DNA of 35,725 nucleotides, taken from positions 1 through 35,725 of IMG/VR virus record IMGVR_UViG_3300033987_000045. The stretch is one strand, 5' to 3'. Origin of the DNA: a virus (taxonomy: Duplodnaviria; Caudoviricetes). Below the pieces are notes generated by a model. It did no database searches. It was not told where the DNA came from and was given only the letters and a program-made list of their open reading frames with translations. The position numbers and the translations under genes were made by a program. Below, piece by piece: positions 1 through 8,046 of this stretch (positions are counted from its first letter, which is position 1; every line of letters starts with the position of its first letter).

Positions 1-183
1 CGGGGCTCGCTCGGCGGCCACGAACACCGGGGCTCGCTCGGCGGCCACGAACACCGGGGATAGCTCGGCGGCCACGAACACCGGGGCTCGCTCGGCGGCC
101 ACGAACACCGGGGATTGCTCGGCGGCCACGAACACCGGGGCTCGCTCGGCGGCCACGAACACCGGGGATTGCTCGGCGGCCAC
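1..183 (+). repeat. 27-bp coding tandem repeat, about 6.8 copies
   Basis: Unit CGGGG(CTC/ATA/ATT)GCTCGGCGGCCACGAACAC starts at 1, 28, 55, 82, 109, 136 and 163 (last one partial). Confidence 0.97.
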
Positions 184-409
184 TGTAAAAGGCAAAGAGT
201 CTGTTGCCATGGCTCTCGGCTACCAAAGCAAGGCCAGAGGTGCCCTTGGGTGCTGGATTGTTTTGGCCGAGTGGGCTTGGGACGATAAAGGCGATTGGCA
301 CATTATAGATGTTCAGTGCGCCAAGGTGGACGGAGAGAAAATAAAGGCCGATACCTTCTACCGCTTAGAAAACGGCAAATTTGTTGAGTGCGAGGATGAG
401 GAAGAATGA
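2..409 (+). CDS. 5'-truncated phage protein with (NTGxxSAAT)n repeats
   Basis: Frame is open from base 2: GARSAATNTGARSAATNTGDSSAAT...VKGKESVAMALGYQSKARG...WIVLAEW...VDGEKIKADTFYRL. The track's ATG at 209 is internal. Confidence 0.85.
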   Translation, partial: GARSAATNTGARSAATNTGDSSAATNTGARSAATNTGDCSAATNTGARSAATNTGDCSAATVKGKESVAMALGYQSKARGALGCWIVLAEWAWDDKGDWHIIDVQCAKVDGEKIKADTFYRLENGKFVECEDEEE

Positions 410-606
410 AACGCGATGTCGCAGCCTTTGCAGGCAGCAAAATAGATTTTAGTCGGTATCTCGCTGACATGCGGGCGTGGCTTAAAGAGCACCCGGAGAT
501 GGATAAGTTCATCTGGGTCAATAGTTCATGTTCCGACGTTATTGCGGTAGGTTATGCAATTAACCACATGGCCGCAAAGAACACCAATATCAAGGAGGCG
601 GTATAA
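406..606 (+). CDS. Hypothetical phage protein (66 aa)
   Basis: ATGA overlap with the upstream stop; its stop abuts the next start. Confidence 0.65.
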   Translation: MKRDVAAFAGSKIDFSRYLADMRAWLKEHPEMDKFIWVNSSCSDVIAVGYAINHMAAKNTNIKEAV

Positions 607-1629
607 ATGTCCATGAATGCGGCTCCAAACCAGACCGCCATAGCGGTTTTGAATGAGTATCCTCCCAGTAAGTTTAACTTACTGATACCAGTCAAGACCA
701 TGCAGGAAATCAGCCCACTGCATAAGGTCGTAATTAACCAGGTCCAGATTAACCCGGACCCGAAAAGCGGCAAAGACGTATATGCCGAGAAAAACGGCGA
801 GCTTGCCCTCACCAAGAAGGGGCTGGCAAAACTGATGGCAGCGGCCAATATCCAAGTGGTGGACAGCAGGCCAGTAACGCCTCAAAAGTGTCAGCGTTGC
901 GCCGAGGTGGCCAGACAGACCAGAATGGCACCCCGGTGCGGAGATTGCCCCAGTTCAGATGATGTGGCCTACCAGGTGACCATTGCCGTTCCGGAGCCCT
1001 CTGGGACCTGGCGCATGGTCAGAGCCACCAAAGAGATCCGCGTCGAGGAAGAGCGCAAGCGCATGACCGAAAAACAGTTTGAGCAGTTTTTCCCGTTCAG
1101 GACGGAACATTGCGAGACCAAGGCTTTAAACAGAGCACTGCGTGAAGCCCTAATGCTCAGTCCAACCTACACAGCGGCAGAACTCCAGAAGCCTTTTGCT
1201 GTGGCCTATGTTGTTCCAAATATGGCTGACCCTGATATGAAAAAGGCTGTGGCCGCCAGATACGCTGGTTCAGTAATTGACTTGTTCGGCGCACAAACGC
1301 GCCGCGGCCACGGGGACCAGCTTCAGCAACGGTATCTTACCGGTGAGGTAGAACAGCCACCTATGGTAGAAATCGGTCCAGACGAGCCCGATGAGGCGGA
1401 TTATCAACTTATGGACGAAGAGCTTCCGCCATGGGAACAAGATGAACCAGCGGCTGAAATGACGCAGGATATTATCGCATGTGAGGGATGCGGCCAGGAA
1501 ATATCGGCCACGGGGAGTTGGTCGCCGGAAGCCATTCGAGATTACAGCCAGCGGACATGGGGTAAGGTTTTATGCCCTGAATGCCAGAAGGCTGCCCGCA
1601 AGAACGGAAAGGCGGGTGGCAGACGATGA
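607..1629 (+). CDS. Putative ssDNA-annealing/recombination protein with Zn-binding motifs
   Basis: AAGGAGG RBS; ETKALNRALREAL resembles the helix of RecT/Rad52-type annealases; CQRC..CGDC insert; acidic linker; C-terminal CEGC..CPEC; lies next to sbcD/sbcC. Confidence 0.55.
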   Translation: MSMNAAPNQTAIAVLNEYPPSKFNLLIPVKTMQEISPLHKVVINQVQINPDPKSGKDVYAEKNGELALTKKGLAKLMAAANIQVVDSRPVTPQKCQRCAEVARQTRMAPRCGDCPSSDDVAYQVTIAVPEPSGTWRMVRATKEIRVEEERKRMTEKQFEQFFPFRTEHCETKALNRALREALMLSPTYTAAELQKPFAVAYVVPNMADPDMKKAVAARYAGSVIDLFGAQTRRGHGDQLQQRYLTGEVEQPPMVEIGPDEPDEADYQLMDEELPPWEQDEPAAEMTQDIIACEGCGQEISATGSWSPEAIRDYSQRTWGKVLCPECQKAARKNGKAGGRR

Positions 1630-2816
1630 GCATCCGCGTTCTCCATTTTGCGGATCTGCACATGGGAGAATACCCCGGCCCAACAGTGGCCGGGGAAAAC
1701 TCCCGCCTCAAAGACATTGAGAAAATGCTGTACCATATCGCCAATGAGGCCCAGGTTGGCATGTATGACCTGGTGGTGTTTGCTGGAGATGCATTCAAAA
1801 CCCGCAGGCCATCATACCGTGAGATTCTCACCGTAGCCAACGGCTTGGCTCACGTTGCGCCCAGGGTGCCGGTGGTAGCCATATCGGGCAACCACGACAC
1901 CCCAAATGACGGCAGCGAGGGCGCATGGGATGTAATTGCAGCAATGAATATTCCGGGGCTGACGGTGCGAACCAGGCCAGCAGCGGATGTCATCCACACC
2001 AAATCTGGCCCGGTGCAGGTGTTCTCACTCCCTTACTTCACCAAATCAACCCTTTTGCAAAAAGAAGAATATCGCGACCTCACGCTGGAGCAGATTAACA
2101 AGCTCCTGGGCGAAAAGGCTATGGACATCGTGCGCCACTTCGCGGGCCAGCGTGACCCAAGAATGCCATCCATTTTGATGGCTCACCTATCAGTTACAGG
2201 TGCCGAGCTATCAAACGGTCAGAACATCTTCATGGGCGCGGAGCCTGTTCTGTCAGCGGTTGAACTGGAAGCGTTGGGGTTCGATTATGTGGCCCTGGGA
2301 CACATCCACAAGTTTCAACAGCTGTCACCGCGGGTGGCTTACAGCGGCAATCCGGAGCGCATAGACTTCGGTGAAGCCGACGAGGACAAAGGATACCTAT
2401 CGGTCGAGCTGGAGCCTGGCCAGGTGCCGGTGCTCGAGTTTCACAAGACGCCAGCGCGGAAGTTCGTAACTGTGGAGGTTGGTCTTGAGACACCAGAGGA
2501 CCTGGAGCGGTTCTATGATGACCTTTTGCTTCCGGATACCACTGGCGCAATGGTGCGGGTTAAATATCGGGCGCCAGATGACGTGGCGAAGATGGTCAAT
2601 CATCAGGAAATTATCCGGCGCTTGCATACAGCCGGAGCCCATTACGTGGCTGGCATCCAGGCCGAAGTCGAGCGTTCGAACCGAGCCAGAGATGAGGAAG
2701 TAACCGAGGCTATGAGTGTCCGTGACGCCCTGCTCAAATACCTGGATAAAAACAATATTCCTGATGATGGTCTCTCCAGCCTCGCTCAGGAACTTTTGCA
2801 GGAGGTGGCGATGTAA
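1626..2816 (+). CDS. sbcD: SbcD/Mre11-like metallophosphoesterase nuclease
   Basis: Motifs FADLH, AGDAF, GNHD, MAH, ALGHIH, YSGNPERIDFGE; ATG 1626 overlaps the upstream stop (ATGA). Confidence 0.92.
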   Translation: MSIRVLHFADLHMGEYPGPTVAGENSRLKDIEKMLYHIANEAQVGMYDLVVFAGDAFKTRRPSYREILTVANGLAHVAPRVPVVAISGNHDTPNDGSEGAWDVIAAMNIPGLTVRTRPAADVIHTKSGPVQVFSLPYFTKSTLLQKEEYRDLTLEQINKLLGEKAMDIVRHFAGQRDPRMPSILMAHLSVTGAELSNGQNIFMGAEPVLSAVELEALGFDYVALGHIHKFQQLSPRVAYSGNPERIDFGEADEDKGYLSVELEPGQVPVLEFHKTPARKFVTVEVGLETPEDLERFYDDLLLPDTTGAMVRVKYRAPDDVAKMVNHQEIIRRLHTAGAHYVAGIQAEVERSNRARDEEVTEAMSVRDALLKYLDKNNIPDDGLSSLAQELLQEVAM

Positions 2817-5362
2817 TGGAACCTATTAAGATAAGTTTAACCAATTTCGGGACTTATAGTCACGAGGATGTAGACCTGTCAGGCATCCACCTGGCGGTGG
2901 TCAGCGGTCCTAACGGTGCTGGGAAATCCACTCTTTTCACAGATTCTCTGCTCTATGCCCTCTTTGGGGCTAGCAGGACAGGCAATCTGGACGACCTGGT
3001 CCGCAAAGGCGAGCAGGATATGGCGGTTGAGGTCCAGTTTATCTTGAACGGACAGGAATATCGTGTCATGAGATCCAGGAGTACCAAAGGCCGGGGTAAA
3101 TCTGGTCTTGAGCTACAGGTCCGCAACGGGGATGAGTGGCTCGCGCGATCCGGCTCCAATATCAGGGATACGGAGAAGCGTATTCAGGACCTACTCAAGG
3201 TTACCCAGGAGACGTTCACCAGCTCATGCCTGATCATCCAGGGGCGAAGCAATGAGTTCACAGTCAAGGGACCGGCGGAGCGGAAGAAGGTCCTGGGGGA
3301 AATTCTAGGGCTGGAGGTTTATGACCGCCTCCAGGCGGCGGCCAAGGAAAAGGCCAAGGCCCTGGACGGCGAGATTAAAGCCCTTAAAGACCGCCAGGCG
3401 GCCATTGAGATCCAGCTGGCCGAAGTATCCGATTTGGAAGCCAGGAAATCCGATATTGAGGCAAGCATTGCGCAAAAAAATGCAACCATCGCATCCTTGC
3501 AGGAGCAGCTCGACCATGTGAAGCGGCAACAGGCAGAACTAGAGGCTAAAGCCGCTCAGTTTGATGGCCTGTCATCCGAGGATGATAGGTTGGAGCGGGA
3601 AATCGCAACGCTTCAACAGGAACGGGCAGGACTTGAACACCGGGTAGACAGGGCCAGGAAAATGTTGGCCAGCGAGCAGCAGATCCTCGCTAAGGTCAAG
3701 GAATGCGAGCAGGTCAAAGCACGGATAGCAGCCCTTGAGGCAAAGCTCCCACGCCTTCAGGCGGTAGCCGATGAGGCCAGGAAGTTGGAAAGCCAAAAGG
3801 CCCAGGCTTCCCGGACTATTGCGCAGGTAGTTGGGCAAATCAGGGAAATTGAGGCCGTCCTGTCTAACCGTGCAGAGCTGGAAGCGGCGGCGGAGCAATA
3901 TCAGAAAGCAACAGCGGACATTGAGACCATCGATGCTATTGGAGAGCAGTGGCTGGCGCTGGACCAACAGGTAAAAGACGCGCGGCGAATATGGGAACGG
4001 GCCAGCTTCGAGCTTGAGGCCAGGACCAGGGAGCTTGAGAAAGAGCTGCAAGCACTGAAAACCAAGGCAGCAATGCTCGAGGATAGCGGGTGTATTGACC
4101 CTGAACGAGCATCCTGCCGGTTCCTGGCCGACGCACAGCAGGCAAAAGCAAAGATGGCGGAAGTGCAGACGGAGCTTAATGCCCTGGATAAATCGGAGGT
4201 GGAACGCCTGGAGCAGACCTGGTGCGAGCTACAGGCCAAGAAGGACGCCATCGGTTACGACCCATCTGAACGACAACGATTGAGAAACCTGGTCACTTCC
4301 TTGCGGCATAAAGCCGAACAGGCGGCGCAATTGGGTGCTAAGGCTGAACTACTACAGAACCTTAAGCACCAGGAACGGCAGCTACGGGAAAGTCTGGCCG
4401 ATATCGAGGCCAGACATGCGGCACTGAACGACGAGGGGCACCAGCTCCAGGCCGAATTGAAGGACCTACAGGCGCTTAAGGCCTCCCTTCCAAACCTTGA
4501 ACGGTGGGCGGCAGCCAAGGATGAACTGCCAGCAGCTCGGCAAACAGTGGCCGAGGCGGAACAACGATTTACATGGTATCGGGAACAGATTGTCGAACGG
4601 ACAGCAAGGCGGGCAGAGATAGCGCGTCAGCTCGAGGAACGGGTTATCTTATGGGCCGAGCAATCAAAACTCGGGAATGAGGCGACATCCCTTAAGGCTA
4701 ACATCGATGAGTGCAACCGGGCGCTGTCGGCCCTCCAGCGAGAATTGGGCATGGTCGAGCAACGACTGAAGGCTATTGATGCCCTACGAGCAGAGGCTGA
4801 GGACCTGACGGGCAAGCTGGCACAAATCGCTGCGCTACAAGTGAAGTATCAGACCTTGGTGAGGGCCTTTGGCCGAGATGGCATTCCAGCCTTGATCATC
4901 GAGAACGCCATTCCAGAGCTGGAGAGCATCGCCAATGAAATACTGGGGCGTATGACTTCCAATGGCATGAACCTGCGGTTTGAGACCCAGCGGGAGTTGA
5001 AATCGGTTAAAGGCGCCGTCTCGGAAACACTGGACATCATTATCAGTGACTGGCGTGGAGAACGCCCTTACGAGACATTTAGCGGCGGCGAAAAGTTCAG
5101 GATTGACTTCGCCATCAGGATTGCACTGAGCAAGCTTTTGGCACGGAGAGCTGGGGCGAGCTTGCGGCTGTTGGTCCTGGACGAGGGCATCGGCAGCCAG
5201 GATGCTGAAGGGCGCGAGCGGCTTATGGAGGCTATAGCGGCCATTGAGAAGGACTTCGCGAAAGTTATAGTCATCAGCCACGTCGAGGAAATTAAAGAGG
5301 CCTTCCCCACTCGAATTGAAGTGGAGCCTGGGCCGGATGGAAGCAAGGTGAGGGTGGCATGA
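2816..5362 (+). CDS. sbcC: SbcC/Rad50-like SMC ATPase
   Basis: Walker A GPNGAGKS, Q-loop IIQG, long coiled coil, signature FSGGE, Walker B LVLDEG, H-loop ISH. Confidence 0.93.
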   Translation: MEPIKISLTNFGTYSHEDVDLSGIHLAVVSGPNGAGKSTLFTDSLLYALFGASRTGNLDDLVRKGEQDMAVEVQFILNGQEYRVMRSRSTKGRGKSGLELQVRNGDEWLARSGSNIRDTEKRIQDLLKVTQETFTSSCLIIQGRSNEFTVKGPAERKKVLGEILGLEVYDRLQAAAKEKAKALDGEIKALKDRQAAIEIQLAEVSDLEARKSDIEASIAQKNATIASLQEQLDHVKRQQAELEAKAAQFDGLSSEDDRLEREIATLQQERAGLEHRVDRARKMLASEQQILAKVKECEQVKARIAALEAKLPRLQAVADEARKLESQKAQASRTIAQVVGQIREIEAVLSNRAELEAAAEQYQKATADIETIDAIGEQWLALDQQVKDARRIWERASFELEARTRELEKELQALKTKAAMLEDSGCIDPERASCRFLADAQQAKAKMAEVQTELNALDKSEVERLEQTWCELQAKKDAIGYDPSERQRLRNLVTSLRHKAEQAAQLGAKAELLQNLKHQERQLRESLADIEARHAALNDEGHQLQAELKDLQALKASLPNLERWAAAKDELPAARQTVAEAEQRFTWYREQIVERTARRAEIARQLEERVILWAEQSKLGNEATSLKANIDECNRALSALQRELGMVEQRLKAIDALRAEAEDLTGKLAQIAALQVKYQTLVRAFGRDGIPALIIENAIPELESIANEILGRMTSNGMNLRFETQRELKSVKGAVSETLDIIISDWRGERPYETFSGGEKFRIDFAIRIALSKLLARRAGASLRLLVLDEGIGSQDAEGRERLMEAIAAIEKDFAKVIVISHVEEIKEAFPTRIEVEPGPDGSKVRVA

Positions 5363-5610
5363 TCAGGATTATTCACGGCAAACACATAGGGGCGTTCGGT
5401 TTAATGCCGGCCGCCCCGGGCACCTGCCCGGAGTGCGCGGTGGATCACCCGCCTGAGTTGCCCCATAACCAGCAGAGCCTGTTCTACCAATACAAATTTT
5501 ACAATGACCACGGTCGGTGGCCGACCTGGGAAGATGCCATGTCCCACTGCAGTGAGGACATGAAGACCATCTGGCGGGAGGAACTGCGAAAGCGGGGTGT
5601 AGAGATATGA
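5359..5610 (+). CDS. Small Cys/His-rich phage protein
   Basis: ATGA-coupled at both ends; CPECAVDH...HNQQSLFYQ...SHC. Confidence 0.75.
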   Translation: MIRIIHGKHIGAFGLMPAAPGTCPECAVDHPPELPHNQQSLFYQYKFYNDHGRWPTWEDAMSHCSEDMKTIWREELRKRGVEI

Positions 5611-5999
5611 AAACTGCAATCGAGTGGTGCCCATATTGCGAAAACGAAGTCGAGGTTCATGCAGAGAGTCCTTCTCCTTGCCCGGTTTGCGGGAAGACAT
5701 TGGTGCCATGTTCGATTTGCCAAGATAGCCTAAGCCGGCCTCATTTTGGCTGTAATTGGACTAATGAGAGGGGATGCTGGAGATTTAGAAGACCAGATTT
5801 GAATATTGAGTTATACAAATTCACGATCAACGCCATCGAAGCGAAAAGGAAGGCAAGCAAAGGTGAAGTTACGACACTTGAATTTGCTAGGATGGCACAA
5901 TTGCGCCCCGATATATGGTGCGATATTAGGGCGTTCCGCAAAGTAGCTACAACCAAAGAACTAAAAAATATAAAAAACGCTGCGGAGAAGTTGGTATGA
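5607..5999 (+). CDS. Zn-ribbon phage protein
   Basis: CPYC, CPVC, CSIC motifs; ATGA-coupled. Confidence 0.7.
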   Translation: MKTAIEWCPYCENEVEVHAESPSPCPVCGKTLVPCSICQDSLSRPHFGCNWTNERGCWRFRRPDLNIELYKFTINAIEAKRKASKGEVTTLEFARMAQLRPDIWCDIRAFRKVATTKELKNIKNAAEKLV

Positions 6000-6136
6000 T
6001 TATGATTTTGCAGTTATTATCCGCTTTACTTGTCTTTTTATCATCTGTAGAAATGTTTTTTGGTAAATACGAACCAGCTATATTCGGTATTCTCTTGGCG
6101 ATATGGATAAAACTTGTGCTAAACGATCGAACATGA
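5996..6136 (+). CDS. Small AT-rich membrane peptide (46 aa), not in ORF track
   Basis: ATGA overlap; MIMILQLLSALLVFLSSVEMFFGKYEPAIFGILLAIWIKLVLNDRT has two hydrophobic stretches. Confidence 0.55.
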   Translation: MIMILQLLSALLVFLSSVEMFFGKYEPAIFGILLAIWIKLVLNDRT

Positions 6137-6158
6137 GATGAGATCCCGGAGGTGGACA

Positions 6159-6356
6159 ATGCTTGAGTGGTCTTACCCCTACTGCAAACAGAGTATGTTT
6201 AGCGCCTACCCGGCGCGAGATCAGGAGAAAGTGAGGTGCATTCATTGTGGACGGTGGTTTAACAACCCATATCACGAGATTGCTGGTAGATCCCGAGCTG
6301 AACGAAGCACTAACGGCACTCCAGGTGGCAAAGAACCACCTGGACCTGGCTGTTGA
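6159..6356 (+). CDS. Small Zn-ribbon-like protein (YPYC...CIHC)
   Basis: GGAGGTG RBS before ATG 6159; first CxxC appears degenerate. Confidence 0.5.
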   Translation: MLEWSYPYCKQSMFSAYPARDQEKVRCIHCGRWFNNPYHEIAGRSRAERSTNGTPGGKEPPGPGC

Positions 6357-6621
6357 CCAGGACATGGTAGAAGCGGCTTGTTACGAGATTACAGCCGCGG
6401 AACTGCGGCTAAGGGCGATAATCAGGAGGGCCAAAGCGGAAAGGGGTGATATGGTTGGTCAAGTGGATGCCAGCAGAAAAAGGCTATTTGAAGATCAAGG
6501 TGCAGTGCCCAGAGTGTGGCCTCATGGTGGCCGGCAAAATAGACATACGGGAAGCGAAGGCCAATATCCCCTGTCAGTGTGGCCGGGCAACGCTCCAGAT
6601 ACTGCTGACGAACGGGTTTGA
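6247..6621 (+). CDS. YaaL/DUF2508-like helical protein with overlapping C-terminal tail
   Basis: LQVAKNHLDLAVDQDMVEAACYEITAAELRLRAIIRRAK resembles the YaaL pattern as recalled; start uncertain. Confidence 0.55.
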   Translation: MDGGLTTHITRLLVDPELNEALTALQVAKNHLDLAVDQDMVEAACYEITAAELRLRAIIRRAKAERGDMVGQVDASRKRLFEDQGAVPRVWPHGGRQNRHTGSEGQYPLSVWPGNAPDTADERV

Positions 6622-6679
6622 ATGGGAAATTGAAAGGCCGGCGGCAGGAAGTAATTTTTTTAACCTACAGGATTGGTAA
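6446..6679 (+). CDS. Small Zn-finger protein
   Basis: CPEC and CQC motifs; overlaps the tail of the YaaL-like ORF. Confidence 0.5.
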   Translation: MIWLVKWMPAEKGYLKIKVQCPECGLMVAGKIDIREAKANIPCQCGRATLQILLTNGFEWEIERPAAGSNFFNLQDW

Positions 6680-6728
6680 ATCTGACCTGCATTGCCAATT
6701 GCCTTTCCGAAAGTTGAAGGTGAAATGT

Positions 6729-7052
6729 ATGACCTACTTACCGGTTATAGATTTTCGGCGCAAGAAGTATCAAGCCTTACGCAAAGCAGTATATGAACGC
6801 GACAATTATACTTGTTGTGTTTGTGGAGCAAGACCTGACTATATCCCGTGCGATTACGACGGGCGATACACCTTATGGGTGCGAGATAGGGTTTTGGAGA
6901 TCGACCATATTAGGCCGCGCATTTTTGGTGGAGATCATTCCATGAAAAATCTTCGCACTATCTGTAGTTCTTGCAACTCACGAAAGGCCCAAACAGAACG
7001 AAAAGGGAGGTGGGGATGTGGCCTGGATAGAGAGCCATCAGGAATTAGCTAG
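6729..7052 (+). CDS. HNH endonuclease
   Basis: VYERDNYTCCVCG...EIDHIRP..FGGDHSMKNLRTICSSCNSRK; ATG 6729 follows GAAGGTG. Confidence 0.9.
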   Translation: MTYLPVIDFRRKKYQALRKAVYERDNYTCCVCGARPDYIPCDYDGRYTLWVRDRVLEIDHIRPRIFGGDHSMKNLRTICSSCNSRKAQTERKGRWGCGLDREPSGIS

Positions 7053-8046
7053 GCATCCAAAAACGAGAAAACTTGCCCGGATTTTGGGGGTTTCTATCCC
7101 AACGGTAATTGGCCACCTCCACCTCCTTTGGTGGTGGGCCATGGACTATGCTCAGGAAGGAACACTGGAACGGTATGACGATAGCGACATCGCCGATGCG
7201 GCCATGTGGGAAGGTGACCCTGCACAGTTTTTGGATGCTCTTTATACAGCGGGTTTTATTGATCAGGATGAACACGGAGTGTTTTCTATTCATGATTGGC
7301 ACGATTACGCAGGACGATTACTGGAAAAACGGCGTGCCGATGCGGAAAGAAAAAGGTCAACGCGGCACCGTCCAATGGATGTCCAACGGACGTCCATTGG
7401 ATGTCCAACGGACGGCGCAGGTAACCTAACCGTACCTAACCAAACCGAACATAACCAGACCGTAAAAATAGATACACATGCGCCTGGCGGCGCGTCCGCG
7501 CAACCTCAAAATCCATCTGACCAACCTGCTGACCAATCTGGCGAGCAGCGAAAGCGGGCCAAGACCCAGAAGCAGGAAGAGTTGTTTGCGAGGTTTTGGG
7601 CGGCCTACCCTAAGAAGCGTTCAAAGGGTCAGGCCGAGAAAGCGTGGGCTAAACTCCAACCGGACGAGCAGCTCGTGGAGACAATGTTAGCAGCCATCGA
7701 GCGGGCCAAGAAATCCGAGGAGTGGCGCAAAGAGAACGGGCGCTATATCCCATACCCTGCTACCTGGCTAAATGCCAAGGGGTGGGAGGATGAATACACC
7801 ATCGCAGCGGAGGTGAATTCAAATGCACAGCATCGGGGATGTACTCCAAAACCTTCGGCCTTTGGAAACGCAGTCCAGGCCAAGAACCGCTTTGCGGGCC
7901 TTGCAAGGGACGGAGGAACAGGGCGTGTCATTGGACGCCAGGATAGCCCAAATACAGGCGGAAATAGCCAGGCGTCAGGAAATCCTAGAGAAAGCGCCGG
8001 TGATAACGAAAGTCATAAAGTCGCCGCAGGAGTGTCCATGGCGTGA
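7018..8046 (+). CDS. Phage replication initiator (replisome organiser)
   Basis: N-terminal MAWIESHQELARHPKTRKLA..GHLHLLWWWA domain; internal iterons; C-terminal FARFWAAYPKKRSKGQAEKAW..YIPYPATWLN domain; followed by a DnaC-like gene. Confidence 0.85.
   Translation: MAWIESHQELARHPKTRKLARILGVSIPTVIGHLHLLWWWAMDYAQEGTLERYDDSDIADAAMWEGDPAQFLDALYTAGFIDQDEHGVFSIHDWHDYAGRLLEKRRADAERKRSTRHRPMDVQRTSIGCPTDGAGNLTVPNQTEHNQTVKIDTHAPGGASAQPQNPSDQPADQSGEQRKRAKTQKQEELFARFWAAYPKKRSKGQAEKAWAKLQPDEQLVETMLAAIERAKKSEEWRKENGRYIPYPATWLNAKGWEDEYTIAAEVNSNAQHRGCTPKPSAFGNAVQAKNRFAGLARDGGTGRVIGRQDSPNTGGNSQASGNPRESAGDNESHKVAAGVSMA
7370..7470. other. Putative replication origin: four 11-bp palindromic iterons plus an AACC-rich tract
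   Basis: GTCCAATGGAT/GTCCAACGGAC/GTCCATTGGAT/GTCCAACGGAC at 7370-7413, then GTAACCTAACCGTACCTAACCAAACCGAACATAACC, inside the initiator gene as in lambda-type origins. Confidence 0.75.

Noticed and set aside
1-183. 27-bp repeats as a CRISPR array or DGR repeat pair
   Set aside because: Units abut with no spacers and keep an open frame. The AAC codons are invariant, which argues against adenine mutagenesis.
1581-1625. Longer N-termini given by the track for sbcD (1581), HNH (6618), methylase (12076) and portal (15370)
   Set aside because: Downstream starts have better RBS or stop-start coupling, and the family motifs begin there.
6645-6722. Short stems upstream of the HNH gene as a ribozyme or group I intron
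   Set aside because: Only weak pairings; no hammerhead core (CUGANGA with GAAA), and no interrupted gene is evident.
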